Shown: positions 1 to 9,427 of the stretch, piece by piece
How positions within the stretch are numbered: position 1 is the first letter of the stretch
How the letters are laid out: every line of letters starts with the position of its first letter
Assembly: GCA_964390115.1 (NCBI GenBank)
Contig: CAYMGT010000001.1
Coordinates: 5,426 to 57,474, forward strand
From: an uncultured Gammaproteobacteria bacterium
GTDB taxonomy: Bacteria > Patescibacteriota > Patescibacteriia > Patescibacteriales > UBA12465
DNA: 52,049 nt
Reading direction: 5' to 3'
Notes under the pieces: model-generated
Databases searched by the model: none
What the model was told of the DNA's origin: nothing
The model's input: only the letters and a program-made list of their open reading frames with translations
Program-made: the position numbers and the translations under genes

Positions 1-639
1 GTAAACAATAATTTAGATACTAACTTAAATATTGCTGAAATGATACAGCTTTGGAATAAATTTAAAGATATAGATAGAAATAATATAGAGAACGTTGTTT
101 TAGACGATGGTCCCAATGGCTATTTAGTAGCTAGTAGAAGCGACCAAGGGGCCTACATTCTTTTACCTAAGAAAGGTAATTATAATGAAATTAAACAATT
201 AATTTCTAATCCCTTTGATAAAAACCCTAAAACAGAAACTATTCAAACAGATAGCCAAAAAGAAGATAGCACAGATAATAGTACTTTAATGGCACCTAAA
301 AATAGTCAAGTTGAGAGAGATTTTTCTGAAAGCAGTTTAGAAATTTTAAACGGTACAAGAATATCAGGTCTGGCCGCCGAGACCTCTCAAAACTTAAAAC
401 AATATGGCTTTAATATTAATAGAATATCTAATTCACCTCAAGTAAATAATGAACAGACTAAAATTTATGATTTGAGTTTTGGAGAAAAAAAGGAGGCTTT
501 AAACCTACTAGAAACTGAACTCCAAGCTTCAAGCTCAATTAGCTTACCTGATTGGCTGACAGATTATATAAAAAACTCAGTAGAAACTAATACTGACATA
601 AAAAAACCTGACTTTATTATTGTTCTTGGTTTAAAATAA
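1..639 (+). CDS. LytR-CpsA-Psr (LCP)-family envelope protein, C-terminal part with LytR_C domain; the 5' end lies outside the window
   Basis: Frame 1 is open from base 1 (VNNNLDTNLNIAEM...), so the ATG at 40 is probably internal. The C-terminal segment LEILNGTRISGLAAETSQNLKQYGFNINRISNS...TKIYDLS...PDFIIVLG has the typical LytR_C pattern. Confidence 0.55.
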   Translation, partial: VNNNLDTNLNIAEMIQLWNKFKDIDRNNIENVVLDDGPNGYLVASRSDQGAYILLPKKGNYNEIKQLISNPFDKNPKTETIQTDSQKEDSTDNSTLMAPKNSQVERDFSESSLEILNGTRISGLAAETSQNLKQYGFNINRISNSPQVNNEQTKIYDLSFGEKKEALNLLETELQASSSISLPDWLTDYIKNSVETNTDIKKPDFIIVLGLK

Positions 640-642
640 ATT

Positions 643-2076
643 ATGAAAAAAGATAAAAATAAAAAAATTCCTCTAGTGGTTTTATTTGGTAGAACTAATG
701 TAGGCAAATCCACCATATTAAACCGCTTAGCAGAAAAACATAAAGCAATTGTGTCACCTATATCAGGAACAACAAGAGATAGTAATTTTGCCCTCATTTC
801 ATGGCAAGGTAAAAATTTTGAATTAATTGACTTAGCTGGTCCCGATTTTTATTCTGAGAAAAATAAAAAAATTGAAGAGATAAATAAAAAAATTAGTCAA
901 CAAATAAAACTATATCTACAAAAGGCTGACTTAATTCTTTTTGTAGTAGATAATCGCTCAGGACTATTACCACAAGACAGTGATTTAGCTAAAAATATTT
1001 TAAAGGATAATAAACTTAAAAATAAAACTAAATTAGTAATAAATAAAGTAGACAATTTTAAGTATGCTTCAGAGGCAGCTCCTTTCTATAAGTTAAACTT
1101 AGGTGAACCAATATTAATGTCAGCGGCAACAGGGGCAGGTTCAGGGGATCTATTAGACTTTGTAGTTACTGAGATAGAGGCACCTGAAAAAGAAACTTTA
1201 GATGATGATAAAAAAATCATTAAAGTTTGCATTTTAGGAAAACCTAATGTTGGTAAATCTTCCCTACTCAATAAAATATTAGGCTATGAAAGAGTTGTAG
1301 TTAGTGAAATAGCTCACACCACCAGAGAACCCCAGGATACCACTATAGAGTATAAGAATAACTATATAAATTTAGTAGATACAGCGGGAATAACTAAAAA
1401 AATTAAAAACTTAAATACTCTAGAAAAAAGTGGCATCAAAAAATCTCTATCTGTAATGCGTAGAGCTGATATAGTGCTCTTGGTAACCGAGGGATCAGAA
1501 AGCTTAACCCAACAAGAATCTAAACTAATAGAAGAAATAATTAATCATCAAAAAAGTCTAATTATAGTAGCAAATAAGTGGGATCTTTTGTTAGAAAAAG
1601 ACACTAAATTAGAAACAGAAAATATATACTATCACCTTCCCTTTGTTACTTGGGCTCCAATTCATTTCATTAGTTGTCTTCCTGCTAAAAATACAGTTTT
1701 AAAAAGTAAAAAATCAGAAGAAGATACAGTTAATGAAAAATTTATCTCCAAAAGAATAAAAAATCTTTTAGATTTAATTATGGAAGTCCAATTAGGCAGA
1801 GAAAAAACTATAAAGACTGCAGATCTCTATAATTTACTCTTAAAAATTGTCAGAATTCATCCACCATCTAAAGCTAAAGGCTACAAAAGACCTCATATAA
1901 AAAAGATTGAACAAATTAAATTTTCTCCCCCTAAATTTCAAGTTACTATAGGACCAAACGACACTCTAAGTGAAAGCTATCTTCGTTTTATAAAAAATAA
2001 ATTAAGGGATTTTTATGGATTTATTGGCACCCCTATTGAAATAAATTTAGTAAAAAAGAAGGGGCTTGAAAAATAA
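643..2076 (+). CDS. der: Ribosome-biogenesis GTPase Der/EngA
   Basis: Two tandem GTPase domains are present: GRTNVGKSTILNRL / DLAG / NKVD and GKPNVGKSSLLNKI / DTAG / NKWD. A KH-like C-terminal domain follows. Confidence 0.9.
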   Translation: MKKDKNKKIPLVVLFGRTNVGKSTILNRLAEKHKAIVSPISGTTRDSNFALISWQGKNFELIDLAGPDFYSEKNKKIEEINKKISQQIKLYLQKADLILFVVDNRSGLLPQDSDLAKNILKDNKLKNKTKLVINKVDNFKYASEAAPFYKLNLGEPILMSAATGAGSGDLLDFVVTEIEAPEKETLDDDKKIIKVCILGKPNVGKSSLLNKILGYERVVVSEIAHTTREPQDTTIEYKNNYINLVDTAGITKKIKNLNTLEKSGIKKSLSVMRRADIVLLVTEGSESLTQQESKLIEEIINHQKSLIIVANKWDLLLEKDTKLETENIYYHLPFVTWAPIHFISCLPAKNTVLKSKKSEEDTVNEKFISKRIKNLLDLIMEVQLGREKTIKTADLYNLLLKIVRIHPPSKAKGYKRPHIKKIEQIKFSPPKFQVTIGPNDTLSESYLRFIKNKLRDFYGFIGTPIEINLVKKKGLEK

Positions 2077-2087
2077 TTTTTAGCAAT

Positions 2088-2630
2088 ATGAAAATAATAA
2101 TCGGCCTAGGCAACCCTGGTGATAAATATAAATACAGTCGTCACAATCTTGGTTTTTTAGCCTTAGACTGGTTAAATAAGGATGCTTTATGGAAATATAA
2201 TAAGAAGTTTGACTCTCTGCTTCTAGCTCACGAAGATAAGTTATTTGTCAAACCTCAAACCTATATGAATAATTCAGGCTTGGCTACAGCAAAGATACTG
2301 CATTACTATCATCTCTTAGCAAAAAATCTAACCTTATTTACAAAAAAAAATAGCGATCTAAGCGATATTTTATATGTTATTCATGATGATTTGGATATAA
2401 ATATAGGAGAGACAAAAATTTCAGTTAATTCTTCTAGTGCTGGTCACAGAGGGGTAGAGTCAATTATAAAAGAAATTAAAACACAAAATTTTACTCGTTT
2501 TAGAGTTGGCATAAAAAGCAATAACAAACCGGAAAAAATGCCAATAGCCAATTATGTCTTACAATCCCTAGATGATAAAGAATTGAAACATGCCAAAGAA
2601 AGTTTTTTAAATAATTGGAAAATAATTTAA
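2088..2630 (+). CDS. pth: Peptidyl-tRNA hydrolase
   Basis: The N-terminus MKIIIGLGNPGDKYKYSRHNLGF, the HDDLD motif and the size (180 aa) are characteristic of Pth. Confidence 0.9.
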   Translation: MKIIIGLGNPGDKYKYSRHNLGFLALDWLNKDALWKYNKKFDSLLLAHEDKLFVKPQTYMNNSGLATAKILHYYHLLAKNLTLFTKKNSDLSDILYVIHDDLDINIGETKISVNSSSAGHRGVESIIKEIKTQNFTRFRVGIKSNNKPEKMPIANYVLQSLDDKELKHAKESFLNNWKII

Positions 2631-2646
2631 AAATATATATTAATAT

Positions 2647-2766
2647 AAAAAAATAACTTACACATTCCTGCCTGAAAGTAGAGTCTATCTCTATATAATT
2701 AAACTTCAAGGAGGAGGAGAAGTTTAATTTTCTCTCAGACAGGAACCTGTAAGCTATTTAAGTTAA
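2647..2766 (-). ncRNA. Candidate small structured RNA (unclassified); three-way junction with a CU-rich apical loop
   Basis: No ORF is present. Nested helices are CTTACA 2657-2662 / TGTAAG 2748-2753; CCTGCCTGA 2667-2675 / TCAGACAGG 2735-2743 (the single C.A on + becomes G.U on -); TTAAACTTC 2699-2707 / GAAGTTTAA 2719-2727; and a small hairpin TAGAG 2679-2683 / CTCTA 2689-2693. On the minus strand the closing helix is followed by UUAUUUUUUU and preceded by a promoter-like element. Confidence 0.35.
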
Positions 2767-2772
2767 TGTATT

Positions 2773-2801
2773 ATTAAATCACACTAAAAAATAAAAGTCA
2801 A
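2773..2801 (-). promoter_or_regulatory. Putative sigma70-type promoter for the minus-strand RNA candidate
   Basis: On the minus strand the sequence reads TTGACT (2801-2796), a 17-nt spacer, then TGa-TTTAAT (extended -10, 2778-2773). Confidence 0.3.
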
Positions 2802-2844
2802 GAACAAAACACGTAACAAATATAAAAAAATAAACTAACTATAT

Positions 2845-5085
2845 ATGAAGTTAATTATCGTAGAAAGTCCCACTAAAGCCAAGACTATACAGAAATTTTT
2901 ACCAAGTGAATATAAACTATATTCCTCTTTTGGTCATATTAGAGATTTACCAAAAAGCGAATTAGGCGTAGATGTAGAGAAAAAATTTAATCCTAAATAT
3001 GTTATCCCTGATAAAGCAAAGAAAACTGTAAATCAACTGAAAAAATTAAGTAAAGAAGCAGAATTAGTAATTTTAGCTTCTGATGAAGATCGTGAAGGAG
3101 AGGCAATTGCTTGGCATTTAAATAAAGCTTTAAAAATAGAAGAAGAAAAAAGTCAAAGAATAGTATTTCACGAAATTACCAAAAACGCTATATTAGAGGC
3201 TTTAAAAAATCCTCGAAAAATTGACTACAAAATGGTGGATGCCCAGCAAGCTAGACGTATTTTAGATAGATTAGTTGGCTACAAACTTTCTCCATTTCTA
3301 TGGAAAAAAGTGGTTAAAGGTCTATCTGCCGGTAGAGTTCAGAGTGTCGCAGTTAGACTTATTGTAGAAAGAGAGCGAGAAAGACAAGCTTTTAAAGTTG
3401 AGGAGTATTGGAGCATTGAGGCTAATTTAGAAAGCAAAAAAAATTCACAACTACCTATTATAGCTAAACTAAATAAGGTCAGTGGTAAGCAATTAACTAA
3501 ACTAGAGATTAAATCTGAAAAGGAAGCTAGTCTTATAAAAAAACAGTTAGAAAAAGGAGTTTACGTAATTAAAAATATCGATACTAAAAAAATATCTAAA
3601 AATGCTCCTAAACCGTTTACCACCTCAACTCTGCAACAAACAGCTAATAGATGGCTAGGCTTTAGTGCTAAACAAACTATGGCGGTAGCCCAACAATTAT
3701 ACGAGGGTGTTAGTGTAAATGGAAAAAATCAAGCCGGTCTTATCACCTACATGAGAACAGACTCTTTAAATTTGTCTCAGTCTTTTTTAACTGGTGCTAG
3801 AGATTATATAAAAAATAAAGTTGGTAAAGATTTTTTACCAGAAAAACCTAATTATTTTAAAACAAAGTCTAAAGGAGCTCAAGAAGCTCATGAAGCGGTT
3901 AGGCCAACTTCTGCCGATCTTAACCCTGAAGAAATTAAAGACTCTTTAAGTCCTCAACAATATAGGCTATATAAACTTATTTGGCAAAGAAGCTTAGCTA
4001 GTCAAATGAAAAACGCCGAAGCTCTATCAACTTCAATTGATATAAACGTTGAAGACACGCTCTATGAGCTAAGAAGTAGTGGGCAAATTTTAACTTTTAA
4101 AGGCTACTTGGAAATATATCCAGAAAAAAGTCAGGAAACTGAAATGCCACAAGTTGAAGTAGGTGAAAAATTAAAATTAAAATCACTTGAGAATAAACAA
4201 CATTTTACCCAAGCGCCAGCCAGATATTCTGATGCCGGACTCGTAAAAGAAATGGAAAAACACGGTATTGGTAGACCTTCTACTTATTCACCAACTATTT
4301 CGACAATCATTACCAGAAATTATGTAAATAGAGATGATAGTAAAAGACTTTTTCCTACGGATATAGCCCTAGTAGTTACTGATTTATTAGTTAAACATTT
4401 CCCAGAAATTGTAGATTATAAATTTACAGCCGACATGGAAAATAATTTAGATCAAATCTCCGAAGGAAAAAAACAATGGCCAGATGTAATTGATAAATTT
4501 TACCAAAAATTTATCTCTAATTTAGAAAATAAATATAAAGAGATAGAGAAAAAAGATATTATGCCACAAGAAGAAACAAAAGAAATTTGTGATAAATGTG
4601 GAGCTAAAATGCTAATAAAGATTGGGCGCTATGGAAAATTCTTATCTTGTAGTAACTATCCTGATTGTAAAAACGCTAAACCTCTGGAAAAAATAAGTGA
4701 AGAAGAGCAGCTGGAAATAGAAAAACTACAAAAAGAATATGAGGGAGAAACTTGTGAAAAATGTGGCGCAGACATGAAAATAAAAGCTGGAAGATATGGA
4801 AAATTTTTAGCTTGCAGTAATTATCCTAAATGTAAAAATAATAAGAATCTGAAAACTGAAGATGACAATCAAAAAGAAATTGATTGTCCTGCTTGTAAAA
4901 CTGGTAAAATTGTTAAAAAATTTAGTCGTCGTGGAACTTTTTATGCTTGTAATAACTATCCTGAATGTAAGAACACTTATTGGGGAAAACCTCTAGAAAA
5001 AAAATGCCCTGAATGTAAAAATCTTTTAATAGAATCTAAAAAAGGAATTACTTGTTCTAATAAAGATTGTAATTATAGTGAATAA
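2845..5085 (+). CDS. topA: DNA topoisomerase I
   Basis: TOPRIM start MKLIIVESPTKAKTIQKFL, DEDREGEAIAWH, and active-site region GLITYMRTDS. Four C-terminal C4 zinc ribbons are present (CDKCGA...CSNYPDCK, CEKCGA...CSNYPKCK, CPACKT...CNNYPECK, CPECKN...CSNKDC). Confidence 0.95.
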   Translation: MKLIIVESPTKAKTIQKFLPSEYKLYSSFGHIRDLPKSELGVDVEKKFNPKYVIPDKAKKTVNQLKKLSKEAELVILASDEDREGEAIAWHLNKALKIEEEKSQRIVFHEITKNAILEALKNPRKIDYKMVDAQQARRILDRLVGYKLSPFLWKKVVKGLSAGRVQSVAVRLIVERERERQAFKVEEYWSIEANLESKKNSQLPIIAKLNKVSGKQLTKLEIKSEKEASLIKKQLEKGVYVIKNIDTKKISKNAPKPFTTSTLQQTANRWLGFSAKQTMAVAQQLYEGVSVNGKNQAGLITYMRTDSLNLSQSFLTGARDYIKNKVGKDFLPEKPNYFKTKSKGAQEAHEAVRPTSADLNPEEIKDSLSPQQYRLYKLIWQRSLASQMKNAEALSTSIDINVEDTLYELRSSGQILTFKGYLEIYPEKSQETEMPQVEVGEKLKLKSLENKQHFTQAPARYSDAGLVKEMEKHGIGRPSTYSPTISTIITRNYVNRDDSKRLFPTDIALVVTDLLVKHFPEIVDYKFTADMENNLDQISEGKKQWPDVIDKFYQKFISNLENKYKEIEKKDIMPQEETKEICDKCGAKMLIKIGRYGKFLSCSNYPDCKNAKPLEKISEEEQLEIEKLQKEYEGETCEKCGADMKIKAGRYGKFLACSNYPKCKNNKNLKTEDDNQKEIDCPACKTGKIVKKFSRRGTFYACNNYPECKNTYWGKPLEKKCPECKNLLIESKKGITCSNKDCNYSE

Positions 5086-5143
5086 TACTATAGAAACAAC
5101 TCAAAAATATTAATTTAACAAAAAAATAAAAACTCTAATAAAT

Positions 5144-5467
5144 TTATTTTTTGTTTTTTGTTTTTTGTTTGCCTAAATCATCTTCTTCAGAAATATTTTC
5201 TTTTTTATCTTTCTTTATTAGATCAATAATACTCTTAGCAGCTTCTCCGGCTAAATACATGTAGGAGCTACTTTTTTTAACCTTATCTTTTATACTCTCA
5301 ACACCTTCTATAACACTTTTTACTCCTTTTTCAATTTCATCAACGATCTTATGAATTTTTTTTAGACTAGAAAGAAAATAATAAATAGTCCAAACTAAAA
5401 AGAAAGTAAAAGCTAAAATGCAAATTGCAATGACTAAATTTAATATATCTCCGCTGGTTTCAAACAT
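5144..5467 (-). CDS. Small membrane-anchored coiled-coil protein (DUF948-like architecture)
   Basis: One N-terminal TM helix (ILNLVIAICILAFTFFLVWTIYYFL) is followed by a helical segment and a K/E-rich tail. It is the last gene of the minus-strand valS-pheST string. Confidence 0.45.
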   Translation of the reverse strand: MFETSGDILNLVIAICILAFTFFLVWTIYYFLSSLKKIHKIVDEIEKGVKSVIEGVESIKDKVKKSSSYMYLAGEAAKSIIDLIKKDKKENISEEDDLGKQKTKNKK

Positions 5468-5519
5468 ATTCTTTATGAATTACTTAACTCTATGAGTTAA
5501 ACAATTGCTAAATTAATTA

Positions 5520-7964
5520 TTAAAAATTTCTAATTTGTGCTTGATATTTATTTTCTAAATAGGAAATAAGTTGTGTCTGAATTTCATCCACTTCTTTTGT
5601 AGTTAAAGTTCTTTCCAGGCTTTTATATACAACGTGGAAAGCTAAACTTTTTTTATCATTACCTAATTTTTCTCCTTGATAAACGTCAAAAAGTTCAACA
5701 CTTTTTACAAACTGATGAAAATTTTCTAACTCCATCTTAATATCCTTATAACTGATATTATTATCTACAATAAAAGCTAAATCCCTTATCAGGCTAGGAA
5801 ATTTAGCTGAAGGAGTATAATTCTTAGTTTTTAAACTACTTAAAATATCGGCTAAGGAACTATAATTAATTTCAGCTAAAATAACTGATTTTTTAATACC
5901 TAATTTCTTAGCACTTTCTTCTTTTAACTTATTAATCGTACCTAATATTTTTCCTTCAACAATAAAGTTAGCGCTTAAAGAAGTATTAGCCCAGGAAAAA
6001 GAAGTTTCGACTGCTTCATAATTTATTTCTGGTCTAAAACGGTATAATCTAGAAAATAAACTTTCTAGGTGACCCTTAAGTTGATTCAAAATTTCAAAAT
6101 CACTTTCTAAAGATGCTATAGCTAAAATTAATCTTTTTTCTTGATGAGGTAAATATTTTTGCTGTTTATTGTCAGTATAAAATTTTCCAGCAAAACTTAA
6201 ATAAACTGAACCCAACTCAAATAATTCGATTTTTTGATAGCGAGCTTGATTAAACTTTATCGCCTCTAAAATATTAGGTGCTAGAGACTGTCTAAGCAAA
6301 CTTAAATTTTCACTAAGTGGATTTTTTACTGATAAATAATGACTATGATTTATACCTAAATTATTTAATTGTTTAGAATTTACAAAAACATGCGTATGAA
6401 CCTCAGTAAAAGCAATATCTTTAGCTAAAGAGTCTTTCAGTTCTCGCTCAATTATATGAGAAGCAGAAAGTATGGGAGCTGATATTTTACTATATGGAAG
6501 AGTTAATTCAATTTTATCAAAACCATATAAGCGAACAACTTCTTCTAATATATCTTCGGCTAAAGATATGTCTTTCGTGGCTCGCCAACTAGGAACTTTT
6601 AAATTTAAAATATTATTCTCATTTTCTTCACTTTCAAAACCCAGGCCCTTTAATGTTTTAACAACCTCTTCCTTTTCAATTCTTTGGCCAATTCTTTTCT
6701 CTAGCCAATCTAAATTTAAATCAACATACACATCACTCAACTTATCACTACCCACCTCAGAAACATTTGTTTCCACTATCATTTCTGGACTTTCTTGTTT
6801 TATTAAATCTAAAGCTCGTCTTAGAGCCAATTGACATAATGCAGGATCTAAAGATTTTTCAAAACGACTAGAAGCTTCCGTACGAAGACCTAAGCTTTGT
6901 GAAGTTTTTCTGACTGATATGGGATTAAAATTAGCCGATTCTATAATAATTTCTGAACACTGCTCATTTATTCCACTTTCTTGTCCACCCATAATACCAG
7001 CTATAGACAAAATATTTTTATCGTTAGCTATAACCAAACTTCCCTTAGATAATTCATACTCTTTACCATCTAAAGCTAAAAAAAATTCATTTTGTTTTAA
7101 GGTTTTAACTATAATTTTTTCTGCTAAGCTAGCATTAAAAGCATGCAAAGGTTGCCCTAAATCTAACATAACATAATTAGTTATATCTACAATATTGTTA
7201 ATTGGATTTATACCAGCCGCTAAAAGCCTTTGTTTAATTGAGGGTGAAGATTCTTTAATTTTTATTTTCTTAATTTTTACAACACTGTAGTAAGGGCAAA
7301 GCTCAGAATTTTCAATCTTTACGGACAAAACATTATTTTTTTCTAGTTCACTAATTTTATTTATGGAAGATAAATTTTTTTCATAAGGAAATAACTTGGT
7401 ATTTAAAATTACGCTTAACTCTCTAGCTATACCATAGTGCCCCCAGAGATCGGGACGATTAGATAATGATTTATTATCTATTTCAATAATTGTATCATCT
7501 AAGTTTAAATACTTAGCTAAATTCAGACCAATTTTAGCTTTAGAACTTAAAACCATAATACCATCATGATTTAAACCTAAACCTAATTCATCTTCAGCAC
7601 AAATCATGCCTTGTGAAATTTCGCCTCTAATTTTAGCCTCTAAAATTTCCAAACCATTAGGTAATTTAGATCCTATTTTAGCCACTACCACTCTTTGCCC
7701 CGACTCTAAATTATCAGCTCCGCAAACTATCTTTAAGGGCTCTTTTTCTCCCACATTAACTAAAGCCAAATTTAATTTATCAGCTTGGGGATGTTTTTTA
7801 ATCTCTAAAACCTCACCCACTACTACTAAATTATATTTTTCTGATAAATCATAAATACCTTCTACCTCAACTGTATGTAGAGTTAGATCATCTGCCAATT
7901 TACCAGGACTATACGACTTGGGTAATTTAATAAAATCTTGTAACCATTTGTAAGAAATATACAT
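5520..7964 (-). CDS. pheT: Phenylalanine--tRNA ligase beta subunit
   Basis: 814 aa with an N-terminal tRNA-binding domain (MYISYKWLQDFI...VVGEVLEIKKHPQADKL), a B3/4-B5 core and a C-terminal FDX-ACB-like domain. It lies immediately downstream of pheS. Confidence 0.93.
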   Translation of the reverse strand: MYISYKWLQDFIKLPKSYSPGKLADDLTLHTVEVEGIYDLSEKYNLVVVGEVLEIKKHPQADKLNLALVNVGEKEPLKIVCGADNLESGQRVVVAKIGSKLPNGLEILEAKIRGEISQGMICAEDELGLGLNHDGIMVLSSKAKIGLNLAKYLNLDDTIIEIDNKSLSNRPDLWGHYGIARELSVILNTKLFPYEKNLSSINKISELEKNNVLSVKIENSELCPYYSVVKIKKIKIKESSPSIKQRLLAAGINPINNIVDITNYVMLDLGQPLHAFNASLAEKIIVKTLKQNEFFLALDGKEYELSKGSLVIANDKNILSIAGIMGGQESGINEQCSEIIIESANFNPISVRKTSQSLGLRTEASSRFEKSLDPALCQLALRRALDLIKQESPEMIVETNVSEVGSDKLSDVYVDLNLDWLEKRIGQRIEKEEVVKTLKGLGFESEENENNILNLKVPSWRATKDISLAEDILEEVVRLYGFDKIELTLPYSKISAPILSASHIIERELKDSLAKDIAFTEVHTHVFVNSKQLNNLGINHSHYLSVKNPLSENLSLLRQSLAPNILEAIKFNQARYQKIELFELGSVYLSFAGKFYTDNKQQKYLPHQEKRLILAIASLESDFEILNQLKGHLESLFSRLYRFRPEINYEAVETSFSWANTSLSANFIVEGKILGTINKLKEESAKKLGIKKSVILAEINYSSLADILSSLKTKNYTPSAKFPSLIRDLAFIVDNNISYKDIKMELENFHQFVKSVELFDVYQGEKLGNDKKSLAFHVVYKSLERTLTTKEVDEIQTQLISYLENKYQAQIRNF

Positions 7965-7968
7965 ATAT

Positions 7969-9021
7969 TTAAAATTGTTCTAAAAATCTTAAGTCTCCGC
8001 TATTAAGTAATCTAATATCTGAAATGCCATGCTTCATCATAACTAAACGCGTTAAACCTAAACCAAAAGCAAAGCCAGAATATTTTTTGCTATCAATCCC
8101 GCCAGCCTCTAAAACCTCTGGGTGTATCATACCTCCTGGAAAAACCTCTAACCAGCCGCTCTGTTTACAAACTGGACAACCCTTCCCCTGGCAAAGTCGA
8201 CATCGCATGTCAATTTCAATGCCTGGTTCAACAAAAGGAAAATATCCAGGTCTAATTCTTATTTCAACTTCTTCTTTAAATATTCCCTTCAAAAGTTCTT
8301 TCATAACGGCTAGCATGTTGACTACAGAGATGTTTTCATCAATCATAATACCTTCTAGTTGGTAAAAACTGTGTTCGTGAGAAGCGTCTAGGGCTTCATT
8401 TCTAAATACTTTTCCTGGAACAACAGCTTTAAGCGGTGCTCCCATTTCTTGCATAGCCCTAATTTGCATCGGAGAAGTATGAGTTCGCAAAACCAAATCC
8501 TTATCACTTTCTTGATTATCCCAATTAATATAGAAGCTATCTTGCATGTCTCTAGCTGGATGATCTTCGGCGATATTTAAAGCTTGAAAATTATAGTAAT
8601 CACTTTCTAGTTCAGGCCCTTCTATAACAGAAAAACCCAAGCTTTTAAATAAATCCTCCAGTTCGCGTTGCATTAAGGTTATAGGGTGCAGGTGACCTAA
8701 AGAAAAATATTTACCAGGCAAGCTCATGTCTAGTTTTTTTTGACTATTATTTTTTAATAAAAACTTTGTTTCAAATTCTGAAAAAGCTTGTTTTAAATCT
8801 AATTTTATCGCATTAGCCAAAGAGCCAATTTCTTTTTTTTCTTCTACTGAAAAATCTTTAATTTGTCGTAAAATTTGGCTTAATTTACCTTTTCTTCCTA
8901 AATATTTAATTTCTAAAGTACGCCAAATTTCTTTTTGGTTATTTAAAGATTTATCATCCAGTCGCAAATTTTCTAAGCGACTTAAAGCCTCTTTTTTTAT
9001 TTGTTCTAGCTTATTTTTCAT
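7969..9021 (-). CDS. pheS: Phenylalanine--tRNA ligase alpha subunit
   Basis: Class II motifs are present: VFRNEALDASHEHSFYQLEG (motif 2) and GFAFGLGLTRLVM (motif 3). Confidence 0.95.
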   Translation of the reverse strand: MKNKLEQIKKEALSRLENLRLDDKSLNNQKEIWRTLEIKYLGRKGKLSQILRQIKDFSVEEKKEIGSLANAIKLDLKQAFSEFETKFLLKNNSQKKLDMSLPGKYFSLGHLHPITLMQRELEDLFKSLGFSVIEGPELESDYYNFQALNIAEDHPARDMQDSFYINWDNQESDKDLVLRTHTSPMQIRAMQEMGAPLKAVVPGKVFRNEALDASHEHSFYQLEGIMIDENISVVNMLAVMKELLKGIFKEEVEIRIRPGYFPFVEPGIEIDMRCRLCQGKGCPVCKQSGWLEVFPGGMIHPEVLEAGGIDSKKYSGFAFGLGLTRLVMMKHGISDIRLLNSGDLRFLEQF

Positions 9022-9410
9022 ACATTATTTTTTTTATAGCTAATAAAGAAAAATTCAATAAAAAATAAAATGATAATCAAAAAAATAATATTTATCCAAG
9101 TAAATAAATTATTAGCTAAAAAAATTAAAGACAAAACAATTAATAATCCAAAAATAAACGATTGTCTGAAGGCTGTTTTAACTGAATAAAATGCTAATTT
9201 TTGCTTTAAAAACCAAAATCTAATTACAAAACCTAAAACAGAGGCGGTACCAGAGACTGCTAAGAAAAGTGAAGCATAAAAAAATAAAAAACCTAGAAAA
9301 TTAGTAATCTCGGGGTTTATGGTATTTAAAACGTAAACAAAAGAAGCCCAACAAATAAGCGTAGTTAAAATCATTAAACTTAAATATTTTTTTAAAGTCA
9401 TATATATCAA
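9018..9410 (-). CDS. Hypothetical integral membrane protein (about 4 TM)
   Basis: The ORF is hydrophobic throughout. Its TGA stop overlaps the pheS ATG (ATGA overlap), which suggests translational coupling. Confidence 0.5.
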   Translation of the reverse strand: MIYMTLKKYLSLMILTTLICWASFVYVLNTINPEITNFLGFLFFYASLFLAVSGTASVLGFVIRFWFLKQKLAFYSVKTAFRQSFIFGLLIVLSLIFLANNLFTWINIIFLIIILFFIEFFFISYKKNNV

Positions 9411-9427
9411 TTATAACACAAAAACAA

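Noticed and set aside
564-2709. Small antisense or overlapping ORFs 564-797, 1086-1271 and 2500-2709
   Set aside because: They overlap der, pth and the LCP gene on the opposite strand. The 2500-2709 ORF would need a TTG start inside the hairpin of the candidate RNA. None has coding-like composition.
6472-8365. Plus-strand ORFs inside pheT and pheS (6472-6834, 6919-7176, 7606-7854, 8024-8365)
   Set aside because: They are antisense shadows of strongly supported synthetase genes. Their S/P/L/K-rich composition is typical of reverse-frame translation in AT-rich DNA, and they match no known family.
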